A DNA stretch of 64,000 bases, the filler included, from Choristocarpus tenellus KU-1152 (Eukaryota > Protista > Phaeophyceae), in assembly GCA_964200185.2 (NCBI GenBank). It is 12 parts of 12 records of this genome, joined end to end, with 100 filler letters (N's around TTAATTAATTAA, not from the genome) between each part and the next. Parts side by side here need not be neighbours in the genome. Positions count along the whole stretch, not along the records: positions 23,715 to 30,476 come from CAXNAD020007402.1; positions 30,577 to 33,109 come from CAXNAD020026994.1; positions 33,210 to 36,993 come from CAXNAD020017945.1; positions 37,094 to 39,687 come from CAXNAD020026441.1; 8 more parts are not named here. The stretch is one strand, 5' to 3'. The translations under genes and the position numbers were made by a program. Of this stretch, positions 26,939-39,687 are shown piece by piece. The notes under the pieces are model-generated. The model made no database searches and was not told the DNA's origin. It saw only the letters and a list, made by a program, of their open reading frames with translations. How positions within the stretch are numbered: position 1 is the stretch's first letter; every line of letters starts with the position of its first letter.

Positions 26939-29161
26939 ATGATGAAGGCCTGCTACTTGGCAGTGGTTGGGGCATTCTTGGCAACATGTGTCTGTGGGTT
27001 CACAGTTTGTTTGCGATCCAATGCATTAAATAGAGGTGGAAGCCGATTAGATAACCCTTCTCGTAATTGGGTTGGAAAAAGTTCTTCGCCTGCTTCAACA
27101 GGGGGAGCAAGACCAGGGCTTGGGGCTTTATCCATGGTTTCGGCGACCTTTGGAGAGAAGATCAATACGGACAAGATAATCACTGACAAGACTTCCTTGC
27201 AGTCCCTGTTGGAGGAGTTTCCTGAGAAGATGGGGGAAAACAAGGAATTTGCTGGTGGGTTCTGTTCTTTATAGCTGCTTGAATCTCTGTGCCCAGGAGC
27301 GTTAGCTTTGGACTTTGTTCATACAGCTTTAAAAGCCTAGTCTTGCTAGTTTCAGAGTCGACATGTCTCCAACTCTAGTACAGATTTTGTCGTCAGTAGA
27401 GTTCTCGAAGGACTTATCATAGAAATGAAATCTTATCGGCGTCATGATGGTCGCATGGACGCTGTTCTCGATCTCAGTTGCAATCAGAGACTCTGGCAGA
27501 ACAGGTTGCGTCTAACTGGTAGGCCTCGCAACTATTGGACGCCCACCATATGCCCCGAGATCGAACACCTGACTCAAGATTTCCTTTCTTTATCCCTTGG
27601 TGAAAACTTTCGGTGCCGCCGGAAATATCTCAGCCAAGGTGGGCCATGGTGACAAGAAAATCTACAACGAGGATGAGCTCCGACAGAAGGTGGAGGTGAG
27701 TTTACAGGACCTACTTGCCCCGCCCCATCTTTTGCAATGGGCAATAACACACTGCCTCCCAAACCTCGTGATGCTTTCCTGAGTCCCCTGTTTGTGCACC
27801 GTGATATGGTGTCCCATATACTTCTAGTGCTATCCTGTGTTCTTGCATTACCAACTACCAATCCTTACGTTTGTCCATCCGTTGCCCTCCCCCCCCCTCC
27901 TCACGCGCAGGTGGCACGCATCTTCACGAAGATGGCAAATCTCGTGCTCCTCTCTCGTGGCCAAGACGTATTCTCGGCCGACTTTGAATATTTCTCCCCT
28001 GGCACTGGCAGCCTGAACCTGGAAGCCTTCCTTGGCATGACCAAGACTATTGACATTGCCTTCAGCTTGTTCAAGGTCTTCCCTGTGGACTTCAAGGTGT
28101 GACGGCATCTACTTTGCATGCAGCATATAACACGGCTTATATGCGGCAGAGGGAACACAACAGGAAGGGGGAGGGAAGACAAAAGTCATTGAATCACAGC
28201 AGTTACCAATATTGATCCCAAACAACAATAAATGGTATACGACAGAATATTCCTTAGTACTCTATATGTCATAGGAAGTTACATCAACACTATCAAATTA
28301 ACACACGCCCATGAACCAAAAAAAAAACTTTTGCTGGAATGCAAAAAGGGATGGTGATGGTGATGGTTCGGTCAAAACCCATGTTTTGTTCCATCCTCAA
28401 ACTCAGTGATTGCCATTGCTTCGTTCTCACACCCCAACCCCCCTAAATCCCTCCACTTTGCACTCACCGTGAATCTTTAATGACTTGCACTGCAAAAACC
28501 TGGTTGGGGGAGTCAGGCCTACAAGGACGGGGTAATTAGCTACCGCGCAACGTACAAGGCTCAACACGATGGACCTCTCACTGTGGGGGACAAGGTGGGA
28601 GGACTCGAGACTTGATCACCTCGGAAGGCATTTTCCCTTGTGTTTGTGCATGTGTTTGTTTAATGAGGCTGTAGGAAAAGATTTGTTGGTGGGGTCGGTG
28701 TGTGTTGTAGGCATGATAGCAACCCAATACTAGGTGCTACAGTGTTTCAAAAGGCAAGTAGTACCACAAAATTACTCTAGAAATGTTTTACATGGCAGTT
28801 CTGAAGGGTTCTTTGGCCTCGTCACTGATGTATACTACTTTTGTGGAGAGCAAAAAAGGACTCCAATATGGTACAAGGGTTTGGAACACCTACTCCTGTG
28901 TGCTTTGGATTTCTCCCTAAACCCCAACAAATGCTCCCTAGGCAATAAAAGTGCCTCCTTCATGAGCAAGGTTATAACCGCTACTCCTCTCTAAGAGTTG
29001 GGCAAAAAGTGGGCCTGTGGTTTTGGTTAGGTTAACCCGACTTAACCAAGCGGGTGTGCATCATGTGAAGCCCAAGTAAATTAAACAGACGAGAGATTCT
29101 GGATGGATACAAAAAGAGGTGGCTATTTGGAGTGTCAACTGTATTTTTTATTTCAGTCTGT

Positions 29162-29203
<42 letters not shown>

Positions 29204-29624
29204 ATGACTGACTGGGCATAGTTGTGATGTTATGAGTGAATGCTTAGTTGATTGAAAATGGACGAAAGAGGTCTTTGGTTTGGTGCTGATGAAATGTCAG
29301 AATCGGTGGAGATACTTTGACATTATGAGCTATGTGACTCTGTGCTGTTTTGACATGAAACGATTGCAACTTTGAACTGCAAGGAGGCCTCCACAATGCT
29401 ACACCAATAGGTTACTATCTTAATCCCCTGAAACACGATACCCCTGTGCCCTCCCCCCCTCCCCCCGCCCTCCACTGTCTTTCGGCTGATAGGTGTACGA
29501 AGCCACAATGGTAAAGGTGGTTTCAGACGAGGAACTGTGTACCATCTCATTTGATGAGAATGACCGGATTCGATCCATTACCACTGGCCTGATGGTCAGG
29601 AAGATAGAGGCCATTGTTGACCAG
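26939..29624 (+). CDS. Plastid-targeted SnoaL/NTF2-like fold protein (3' end not recovered)
   Basis: Signal peptide MMKACYLAVVGAFLATCVCG^F plus S/R-rich transit peptide. Later exons read VFSADFEYFSPGTGSLNLEAFL...IDIAFS, AYKDGVISYRATYKAQHDGPLTVGDK, VYEATMVKVVSDEELCTISFDENDRIRSITTG, the pattern of algal SnoaL-like proteins. Confidence 0.72.
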
Positions 29625-30939
29625 GTGAGGACTGCAACAATTCTCCTATTGCTGCAGGAGTTTCTTTTGTGTTTATTGGTTGGGATGGATTACTATTGTG
29701 GTTAAGAGGAGCATTTTGTTTATGCAAACATGTATTTATGCTACCGGTCCTTACAGGGGAAAAGGTCAGGGGGCCGTGATGGTAGTATTCTCCAGGTGGA
29801 ATTAAAAAAAAAAAAAAATGTTGCTGAGTGGGGTCTAGTCTACAGAAAAGAGTTAGGAGGTAGGACCAGATGGGGGCCGTGTTGGTGGGAAGGGTTGACT
29901 TAAGCCTTGTGTTGAGGTGGGCACAGATGAGATCATGTCCACCCAGAAATTGCACGCCAAGAGGTGACTGTGTGGTAATTGGTTATCATCATGATAGCCG
30001 GGTGGGGGAGGTTAATTGAGGAGGCTGGGAAGGAGTTTTGGGATGGAAGGTAAGGAGGAAGAGCGTGTGTTGCTATTTTCTTGAGCGGTTGATTATTGTA
30101 TTGGAGACTTGACTGCTTGGTGGTGGGTGGTACAATGTTTTTCTTTTTGCCAGGATGATTTGTGTTTGTCCTTATTGCTATGAGACAGACTTAAAAAAAA
30201 TGGTAAGTCTATCCATCACAAGCTCGGATTGGTTGTTCTTGTTTTCACTCATCCGTAGAACTGAAAAAATACTGTTTCTTTTTATTAAACAAGAGTTACG
30301 GAAAGAGTTGGGATACCACTACTGTTATGAATACTCTAATCAACAAAACCATTTTCACACAAAGTGTGCAGATGGGCGTTGTATATATAGTGTGCATGGA
30401 GGCAAATGGGGGCTTGGGGGGGGGGGGGGGGGGGGGTTTGGAGGGGAAGCAGTAGGGTTTTTTTTTGGAGGAGGGGNNNNNNNNNNNNNNNNNNNNNNNN
30501 NNNNNNNNNNNNNNNNNNNNTTAATTAATTAANNNNNNNNNNNNNNNNNNNNNNNNNNNNNNNNNNNNNNNNNNNNCCCTAGATACTTAGGGTCATGGCC
30601 TAGAATTAATGGGTCCCTATCTGTTGATCTGATATTCACCATCCTTGTTGGACCTTTTGACTGTTGGAGCATCTCAGGAGTCCTGTACAGGCAACAACAC
30701 CATCTATAGGCCTGTGGACTGGAGCTACACATCTCTTGAAGGTAAATTTTGGAGCATGCTATAACAATAGATGTACCCCAAGGCTATTGGTCTATTGGTT
30801 CCAAACCGAAGAATTACTCTTTTGGGATGTTCGATGTAGCTTAGGCTAGGCTAGGCTAGGCTAGTTGATTGGTGTTCGGCTAGGAGTACGAGTTTGGTCA
30901 CTTCAAGAACTTTATCCCCACACCTCCCCCCTCATCGAC

Positions 30940-32140
30940 TAGGTCGATGGCCAATATGGGCTGTGAGTTGGACCTGAGAATGTGGCACCAAGATATAGAG
31001 AAGGGCTTTGTTCAATCTGACCTGGATGAGGACGAGAATATACGGGTCCGAAAGGGATACAGAAATATCTCCTATATGACCGTGAGTCTCCTGAGCTCCC
31101 TGTATATGGTTCGAAACAAGTCTCTAGGACTTGGAATGCAATCCCGCTTTCCACTCTTTTGCGCAATATCTTGAACAACGTCCGCTTCACCCTTGTATCT
31201 CTAGGCCCAGAAGAAATAGTATTGTCAAGATGGTGCTTGCAGTTCATGTAGATGGGGTAATGGTTTTGGTTCCTGGTGATGACTGCAATGAACTTTGTGC
31301 CTCCCTGAATGCAGAGTTTCCCACAAAGAACCTTGACTTGTTGTCTCAGTTTTCTGACTGCTCTTACATGAGAGACTAGAAGCTTTGTACCCTTCCCATC
31401 ACCCAGACAAATTATATTGATAGTCTATGTGGGCCGTTTTTCCACTCAATCAACGAGTCCTATCCCTGCTCCTCCTTTCAGAAAGCTGGGAATCAGGGAG
31501 GGAGATGATCTGTCGGAGGAATGCTCTTCAAGAGCCGGTTGGGGAGTTAATGTGGGTCAGCAATATGATAAGGGCGGGTAAGGCTTATGTAATGAGAGCT
31601 GCAGGTTGTAAGTTACATCTCCGAGCCATGTGCATTGGAGAGGTGTAACCCATGTCTTCAAGTACCTCAAAGAGATATGGGAGTTGGGAGTGAGCTATTG
31701 GAAAGGAGGAGCAGGATAGGACCTGGAGACCTCCACTGATACGGAATTCGTCAACGAGACTTCTGACAGAAGTTCTGTATCAGAGTGGCAGTGATGTGGT
31801 GGGGGAGGGCAGTAGCTTGACATTGTAGGACCCAAGGTGCTATTACGTAGTCCACTGTAGAGGAGGAACACATAGCAATAGGTGACTGCGTAAAGGAGTT
31901 GATTTTAAGGGGTGTCCTGGAGTTTGTATGATCTGGTGTGTCTAGCTCTTGCTACATGGTATATGTGGATATCGAGGAGGCTATTCATTCGGCTAACAAC
32001 CCCTCGAGTTCAGGCAGGATCAAGCACATAGATGTATGCTACCACTTTTGGAGGAGCTTGATGGCAAATGGCCAGATAGAGATAATCCGTGTGGCGTCAG
32101 ATGAGCACCCTCACAGAATAACATTTTTGGAGGTATGAAG
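30940..32140 (+). mobile_element. Ty1/Copia LTR retrotransposon relic (RT-RNase H)
   Basis: HQDIEKGFVQSDLDED, SSLY, LAVHVDGVMV (YVDD motif) and the RNase H end SANNPSSSGRIKHIDVCYHFWR...GQIEIIRVASDE. Multiple frameshifts. Confidence 0.88.
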
Positions 32141-33209
32141 GGGTTTGGTGAACCTAGAGGGATATGTGTAGTAGTTGTTTCTTGTTGGATCTGTATTTCT
32201 TGGTGTTCATTTATTTCTTCAGCGAGTCCAGTAGTTGCTTGTACTGTGTTTTGTGGTAGGGAGTATGTTCGAACAGTCTCCTCCAATTGTACCACAGATC
32301 ACTAGTAACGTATTTATAGAGTCTAAATACAGCAGTTGATAGTTGGTAAACCCAGAACTGCTCGAGAATATGAATATAGGTGGATAGAACACGATTGTGT
32401 ATTCACAACATCCTATTTGAAGGTTGTAACCACCCACCTACTTAAGATTAACCAGTCTGCACCATTTAGCAACATGCCTTTGTTTATCACTCCTTTTACA
32501 TGAGGTGGGCGACACTTCAACACCTGTAAGACAATAACCTATTCTAACCCTACCAATACGATTGTCACGAACCACAAACATAATTGAGCACAGACGAGGA
32601 CATGAAGCATGTCAACCTCTTCAGTTTACCACTCTCCTCGCAATGCACCACAGTTGCTTCCAGACCAATAATACAATCTAAGGTGTATCAAAGAGGGATG
32701 GGATGGACTCACCCCGTTCTTGTTTGTATGTCTTCCACAAACCTCTTTCTCAGACTGAAAGGGACAGTCAATTGTGTTGGAAGGAGATGATTTCTGGACA
32801 GAGATAATTTCGTCCCCTGAAAGCGACGTTGTCATGATCAACACATGTCGAACCCATTGTAGTTCCGTTTGTGAATATTTCCTGAAACTGTGTCATATTT
32901 AATAGCAGTGGTAGACTATTTTGCTGGACTTAAGCCTACCACGACTATAACCAAGTGTAATCGACGCACATAACTACGAAACACACCTTCAATCCCCGGC
33001 ATATAAGCAAGTTACCCCAAAATCGCGATATGCTAAAATGGACCCCAAATGGACACCCGCCCCCCCCTCCCAGATACTTTGGCCCATGAGCCCTGGTTCT
33101 GTGTGATAGNNNNNNNNNNNNNNNNNNNNNNNNNNNNNNNNNNNNNNNNNNNNTTAATTAATTAANNNNNNNNNNNNNNNNNNNNNNNNNNNNNNNNNNN
33201 NNNNNNNNN

Positions 33210-33399
33210 GAAGAAAGGCACTTTTCGCGAGAAATTTTTACGCGCGCGCAAAACTCGCGTGAATATCTCCCCGATTTTGTACCAAGTCGCCCGAATACGA
33301 GAATTCCGGTACAAAAGCCTATTTTTTTTAGTATGTCGAAAAAGCGGTACAAAATAGATTTGGTACATAATATTTGGTATAAATTCGGTGTACGTACTG
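33210..33399 (-). mobile_element. Tc1/mariner-like element terminus (same family as 15890-16016)
   Basis: Reverse-complement match to 15890-16016; ends GTACTG followed by TA. Confidence 0.6.
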
Positions 33400-33406
33400 T
33401 AATACA

Positions 33407-34115
33407 AAGTGAGATCGGACACACTTTCCTCATCACAAAATCGTTCTTGATCACAAGATATTATTATAGTATGACAAAGTTTATCCTATTAGTAATGGTT
33501 CCATCAGAATGTCACAAGATTTTGAAAAAGGCGGCCTGTCCGTGACAACTTCAATATGAGTAAGATAAAGTGAGATCAGATACACTTTCCTCGTCACAAA
33601 ATCATTCTTGATCACAAGGTATTATATTATGACAAAGTTTATCCTATAAGTATAGGTTCCAACAGAACATGAAGATGCCATATTGTTGACTACTAACAGG
33701 CAATGTGATTGAAAGTATGATAAACATTTCCTGAAACTGATTATTTTGAGTTCTGTGCGAATGAAAAATATCTGAATTTTCTCATACAAGTTGTGGTTTG
33801 TTGGTGGTGGATTTCGCATATGTATCAAATCAATTTTCCATGGGAAATGAAAGGGGAAAAAGTACGTACAAATAATTGTATGTGACGTTTGATGGGGTGT
33901 GAAAATGTACAAGTAATAATGTCAAAACAGTCCAAAAATGCCGAATACCTTCTGATTTACCGATATCATATGTCGGATAAATCATATCTAAAACTCACTT
34001 AGGCATGATAACTGCAAGGTAAAAAGTGTGTACAAATATTTGTATGTGAAGTTTGTTGAAGAGGTGAAGATGTGCACGTAATGTCAGAACAGTCAAAAAA
34101 TGCCGAAGGTCTTCT
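33407..34115. repeat. Two pairs of ~100-bp direct repeats (33407-33508/33568-33667 and ~33855-33955/~34020-34115)
   Basis: aaagtgagatc(g/a)ga(c/t)acactttcctc(a/g)tcacaaaatc... occurs twice; tacaaata...aatgtca(a/g)aacagtc(c/a)aaaaatgccgaa occurs twice. Likely TE subterminal repeats. Confidence 0.75.
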
Positions 34116-34329
34116 CATTGTTCCCTAAAATTTGAAAAACGAGTTTTGCTTGGTTGATTTTTTTTCCAATTTTGTGCAAAAAAAATGTACCCAATTGAAG
34201 TTTTTATAATGGTTAACAACCAACCACAATACAAAAATGGTCGTCCCATGAACAGGAGCAAATAGTAGTACACAGCTTCTGGATAGATATCTAGTAGTAC
34301 ACAGCTTCTGGATAGATATCTTTTGCTTT

Positions 34330-34410
34330 TACAAGCGTCCTTGTGATGATATTGATTTGGTTTTTCCCTCACACATCTCCAAAATGTCAGAGGGCACAAT
34401 AATATATATA
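34330..34410 (+). mobile_element. 3'-end fragment of the CRE-like non-LTR element
   Basis: ttggtttttccctcacacatctccaaaatgtcagagggcacaataat matches the 3' end at 44360-44405. Confidence 0.7.
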
Positions 34411-34631
34411 CTACTAGTAGCAGTAGTAAGGGCATAGGTCCTAACGGGACCCCAGTGAGATATAGTTGTGACAGGGGTGTTACTTTTTTGACGAACTCCT
34501 GTCCACCCACAGTAAAATTTACATATATATATCGCTCTAGCTTCAACATGCAAAAGATGTCAGAGTCAATCAGTAACGGTTTACTCTGGAGATGGAAGAA
34601 TAGAAATTGTACTAAAATGAAGTAACGTTAT

Positions 34632-35480
34632 ATACTATTATTATGCCCTCTGACATCTTGCAGATGCGTGAGGGGAAAAGCCAAACCAGCATCACATGGA
34701 CCCCTGTAAAAGTACCAGTTGTCGTAAATGTGGAAGATATCTCTCCAAAATCTATTTACAATTTAAATACTAGCAATAATGCAAACACTACCTTAAAGCT
34801 TGAAAATTTAAATGTGAAGTGAGCATTGCTGCTATGTCTCCAACCAAGCATAACACTTATACAACTCGGAAAAGAGGTAGGGAAACATCCCAAGAATCTG
34901 ACAGGCCCCTCCTTGCCCATCTCTCTGGTGTCTCCAGCTTGAAACGCATGACACATCTCAATAGAGCCACTTGTGTAGTGAAGACACTATCTGTTGTAAG
35001 CGAGAATTTGACACCCCCTTTCCTGCTATAACCTCCCGCCCATCTCCCCCCTACTACTGCGTATGTAGCCAACTCAACCAGAAAAATTTCCGCTTGCTAG
35101 CCGAGGCACCCAATGCTTTTTCTTGTAAAGGTGTTGAGGATAAAACGAAGGTCAAGAGAACCTTTGTAGTGGGTGCGCTTTCGCACCTTAGCTACAGTAG
35201 TAGCTACACCATTGCTGATGGATGAGTGTGTTAGATGGGATGTTGCTTGCACTTACTTCTGCAAACACAACATCCAGGAGGAGACATTGTCCTGGTAGGG
35301 AACTGATCCAACGTCCGCAAGTGCCCCAAAATAGAATACCCCATACATACAGAAATTCCTGTCCACTATGAGTGGGCAAACATCCTCCATAGTGCAAGGG
35401 ATGCCTATTCCCTAGAGGAGTTGACCTAGAGGCTTAACCGTAGGCGTGTGCTTGCGTACCTGTCCCCCTGCCTGAGGGTG
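34632..35480 (-). mobile_element. 5'-truncated CRE-like non-LTR retrotransposon (RLE endonuclease region and 3' UTR)
   Basis: Homologous to 43640-44410: LLLDVVFAEV, GGYSRKGGVK, TTQVALLRCVMRFKLETPERWARRG; ends gagggcataataat. Confidence 0.8.
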
Positions 35481-37107
35481 GGTAATATTGTTTTGAAGGG
35501 GATAGTACGGATGGGTAGGTGAGTTAACCACATCTTAGCAGGTAAACCCAGAGATTTATTCTTAGTTTCAGTGTATGTATTCGCATGGTCGAGAGCCGAA
35601 GAGGAGTCGCTTGACCAATTCTCTTTGCAACAAAAATAATGAGGTGGTGTGAGAAAAGCCACCCAAGAAGAATCTTCACGACTTCACATTGTTATTGTAT
35701 GTATGACTTCAGAAGCTAATTATTTTAACTGTGAGACAATTCAAACATGCCTGACTAAAGCTCTTGCATGAGCTTGTACTGTATGTAGAAATAAAAAAGG
35801 GCTGCGATCTCTTGCATCCTCCCCAAACCAAGCACCAGAGAGTAGCTCAGCTAACCAGCGTAATGCAGAAATAACTGAAGGCATGTTGAGGCTGTTGTTG
35901 CTGCTGCTCAGAATAAGCAAACTGGATGCCTCTCTTTATGTGCTCCCTTGGTGTGCTATAATTGCTACCTACCACAATACAAAACATCTTTGACCAAAAA
36001 ACTTTCTTAGGTGTCAATCAAACAGTTGATAGATGCTGACATAACTGGCAGAGTTCCAGCAGGTCGCCACGTACAGACCTTTTCTTGTCTTCTCTTAGGT
36101 GCATCTTCTCTTCCCACCACTGTGGGCAGAAGCAAGCATTGACCATCTTCCTATACTCATCACATCTCAAAACATCCTCTTTCATGGATGCCATTGAAAT
36201 TCGATTTCCTTTCCCCCCCTCCCCCCCAAATTATTTCCCCCCTCTTTTAGCTCCTCGTTACCTCACAAAGCAAGACATGACACGCAATCACTCTTCACTC
36301 TTGCAATCGTATTGATCCACGAAAACTGCAACATACAATCGACTTTTCCTCACATGCAAAAATGGGAGAGTTAACCCACAAGCAAGACAGACACGCGTAC
36401 TACGCTATACTATAAAATGTCTATGCCATCTCCCTTCCCTTTCTCCCGCAAACTCTTGACGATAAATGCAACATCTCTTTGCAAGTACATTGTTGTGGCA
36501 GGTGACACAGCAGTGCATTCTTCCACGCCGCTCCCCTCCTACCTTCCACTGACTAGGAACAGTTCAACAGACAAGCCAATAACTCTGTTTACCGCTCGGT
36601 AAGATAAAACACTCAACTCTCACCAATGCCAGTCAATTCCAGTCAAACTGTCTCATCCCTCAGAAAATTCACCCACATCCCACCAACTCAAGCACCCGGC
36701 AATTTGGTTGTCCAGCAAAGCTTGACTACTCGTAGCTTCTTAAGAATGGCGGGTGGTGAACAGTTATTCCAACTGCAAAGGGACAACACTGTCATGTACA
36801 AAAAGAAGAAAAAGTAATGAACGACAACACACACAAACATGTTTTTGCACTGCAATAAAGAAACAACCATTCAGACCGTTTCACAAGGCTTCCCTAAGAA
36901 GTCAACCTACCACACAATCTGGACAGGCGATATTATAGAACTTGGGGGAAAGGAGAGGGGATTATCTTCCCTCATGTGCCCTCCCTCCCTCCCNNNNNNN
37001 NNNNNNNNNNNNNNNNNNNNNNNNNNNNNNNNNNNNNTTAATTAATTAANNNNNNNNNNNNNNNNNNNNNNNNNNNNNNNNNNNNNNNNNNNNGGAGGGG
37101 ATTGGAA

Positions 37108-37365
37108 GAGCCAAAGTATCTTAGAGGGTAGGACCGCGTCCATTTGGGGGCCAAAATCCAATATTCCGATTTTGATGTAATTTTGGCTATCATGTATTTA
37201 AGAAGTGTCAGTATTCTTGTTCCAGACACACCATTTCCTAACGTTTACATTTTACCTACACCAAAACATTTTGGAGTAGGAAAATGTCATAAAGGAACCC
37301 ATGGGAAGCCAAGCCCTATATAGACAAACAGGGCAAAACTTGTACCCTCTAAGATACTTTCACTC
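37108..37365 (+). mobile_element. MITE family A, full copy
   Basis: TIRs gagccaaagtatcttagagggta / taccctctaagatactttcactc with a 4-bp target duplication ggaa/ggaa. Confidence 0.88.
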
Positions 37366-37972
37366 GGAAGTGGTGTGCAAGGGGCTCTCTGACTGACTGA
37401 GCAATTATTAAAAGGTGCCCTTGGACTTGTTGCAATTCATCTCTACGTTCTGGTTTGTGGAGCCACATATCATTGTTTCATTTATAGGACCTCAGATATG
37501 TATGACAATTACGTTTGTAGGGGGTACATCAACACTTTGACTAAATACTGCTACGTGCACTGGGTCTAGAGTGCTTCTCTTTCTCGATCGAACACCACTT
37601 CATCGTGTATATACTGAGAAATGTGCTTGATGAAAGAGGTGGGAAAAATTCACACGAAGAATACCAGGAAAAAAAAGTTAATATAATCTGAGAGATCACC
37701 AGCTGACAGGGAGAGAAACCTTGTACTTCCTTCAACTGCGGACAATTCAGTTGCACATGAAACCATGGGAATCCTTGTGTTCTCACTGGGGTATTTGGCA
37801 ATAGGAGGATGGAACCAAACATGCACCCTTCATACCTAAGCATTTGACAGAGGAAAACCAGACTGTAATATCACTAACGTAATTATTTAAAAAGTACAAT
37901 GTTATATTCGCAAGTCGGAATTACTTCACTTGCAATGTGATTCTGGCAACCAAACCAAACCAATATCTGTAC

Positions 37973-38078
37973 CTGTACGAATTGACAAAGTAAATTGCGC
38001 CTGTTTGGGGATCAATCTCGTCCATCCAGGGTGGTGGCTCCCACTGACTTACTCCCGTGGCAGACTGGAAGTAATACA
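37973..38078 (-). CDS. Exon encoding tandem WW-domain segments (flanking exons unresolved; possibly pseudogene)
   Basis: cag|...YYFQSATGVSQWEPPPWMDEIDPQTGAIYFVNS|gtac fits the WW consensus YY.N..TG.SQWE.P, followed by a second W...D..TG..YF.N. Confidence 0.6.
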
Positions 38079-38164
38079 CTGTTGTGATTTGTTTATCGGT
38101 TGGGGTGATGCAGGATCAATGAGGAGTCGTAGAAAAAGTGAAGCTAGTGTCAGCATCCAGGATT

Positions 38165-38423
38165 GAGTGAAAGTATCTTAGAGGGTATGAGTTTTGCCCT
38201 GTTTTGTCGTTGTGGGGCTTGGCTTTCCACGTTTTGTTTATTACATTTTCCTACTCTGAAATGTTTTGGAGTAGGTAAAATGTGTATGTTATGAAAAGGT
38301 GTGTCTGGAACAAGGATATTGACACTTCCTAACAAATACAATAGTCAAAATTGCATCAAAAACGCACCATTGGGTTTTGGCCCTCAAATGGTAGCAGCTC
38401 TACCCTCTAAGATCATTTGATCC
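38165..38423 (-). mobile_element. MITE family A, full copy, reverse orientation
   Basis: gagtgaaagtatcttagagggta ... taccctctaagatcatttgatcc; internal sequence matches the other copies. Confidence 0.85.
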
Positions 38424-38958
38424 ATTAGAGGATGCATGCATACACCTGTAGTGCCTGCTGTTTTTGTACGCTACGTTAGATATTGGAGGGAAGAGTATCT
38501 TGTATTCATGTAACAATACCCAGTGAGTGATGTGATTGCCATGAGCTGGCCCAAAAGTGATGAAGGTCCATCCGTATATAGTGAGAACAATCAAAGGTCT
38601 CCAACAGAGACCTGTTCAAGCTCGCTTGCTTTTCTAGGGGGGGGAAGGTAACAGTTCTGGTCTTTGTGCTGTGCAGAGGGGCGAGGAGAGAGACAATAAT
38701 GGTTACCGTTATCTTTGTGTGCCTTCACTCTGTCACTCCTAGTCTACTGGCGATGATGGAGGAGTTCCTGAACGTGGTGTGGCGGTGGATGGAAGCCAAG
38801 ATCTTCATTGGACGATTTGGCTCTACATGAATCTTGCCATGGGCACTTCCCCTCAATAAGCACTCGTAGTTGTGTTGGTTTGTGCTGTGGCATAGAGGGG
38901 TGTGCCTGCCTTCGGCTTGTTTTTCTTTGTTATAAGTTTTGTTGTGCTTCTGACATGT

Positions 38959-39412
38959 AAGTGAAGAGTGAAAGTATCTTAGAGGGTACGAGTTTTGCCC
39001 TGTTTTGTCGTTGTGGGGCTTGGCATTTTCCTACTCCCAAATGTTTCGGAGTAGGTAAAATGTGTATGTTTTGAAACGTGTGTCCGGAACAAGCATGTTG
39101 ACACTTCCCAACAAACACAATAGCCAAAATTACATCAAAATTGTAACATTGGATTTTGGTCCCCAAATGGACGCGGCTCTACGCTCTAAGATACTTTGAC
39201 TCTGAAAGTAAGAGGGTAAGGGTTTTGCCCTGTTTGTCCATTTGGGGCTTGGCTTCCAATGGGTTTTTTTATGACATTTTCCTACTCTAAAATGTTTCGG
39301 AGTAAGAAACGTATACGTTATGAAAAGGTGTGTCCGGGTCAAGCATATTGACACTTCTTAATAAACACGATTGCCAAAATTACATCAAAATCACAACATT
39401 GGATTTTGGCCT
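38959..39412 (-). mobile_element. Nested MITE family A pair: copy 38966-39202 inserted into the TIR of an older truncated copy
   Basis: Inner copy is flanked by tgaa/tgaa. Removing it and one tgaa restores aagtgaaagta..agagggtaagggttttgccc, a family A terminus that continues to ~39412. Confidence 0.8.
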
Positions 39413-39525
39413 GCATTTTTTAACAATAACACTGTGCCCCAATTTGGAACCAAACTGCATCAAAGACCCAGCCCCTCTTTTCTACTCACAAACTTGGTCC
39501 ACCAGTGCTCGCTACTGGACCCTCT

Positions 39526-39687
39526 GGCTCAAAGTATCTCAGGGGGGGTGGCGGCTGTCCTTTTGGGGTCAATTTTTTCGTCGCGATTTTTGGGTTATTT
39601 GGTTGCATACATCGGATGGATAATGTAAAAACACTTTTCCTGATTTTGACCCAAATGGACACCTTGGTGTAGACCCCCCCCCCTCCC
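39526..39687 (+). mobile_element. MITE family B, truncated at contig end; further termini at 23554-23614, ~33010-33085, 39788-39816, 43346-43394, 61333-61390
   Basis: ggctcaaagtatct(G-rich)tggcggctgtcc(a/t)tttggggtcaatt recurs at several contig ends. Confidence 0.78.

Noticed and set aside
35700-36900. Possible hAT-like transposase fragments
   Set aside because: No diagnostic motif could be read with confidence.
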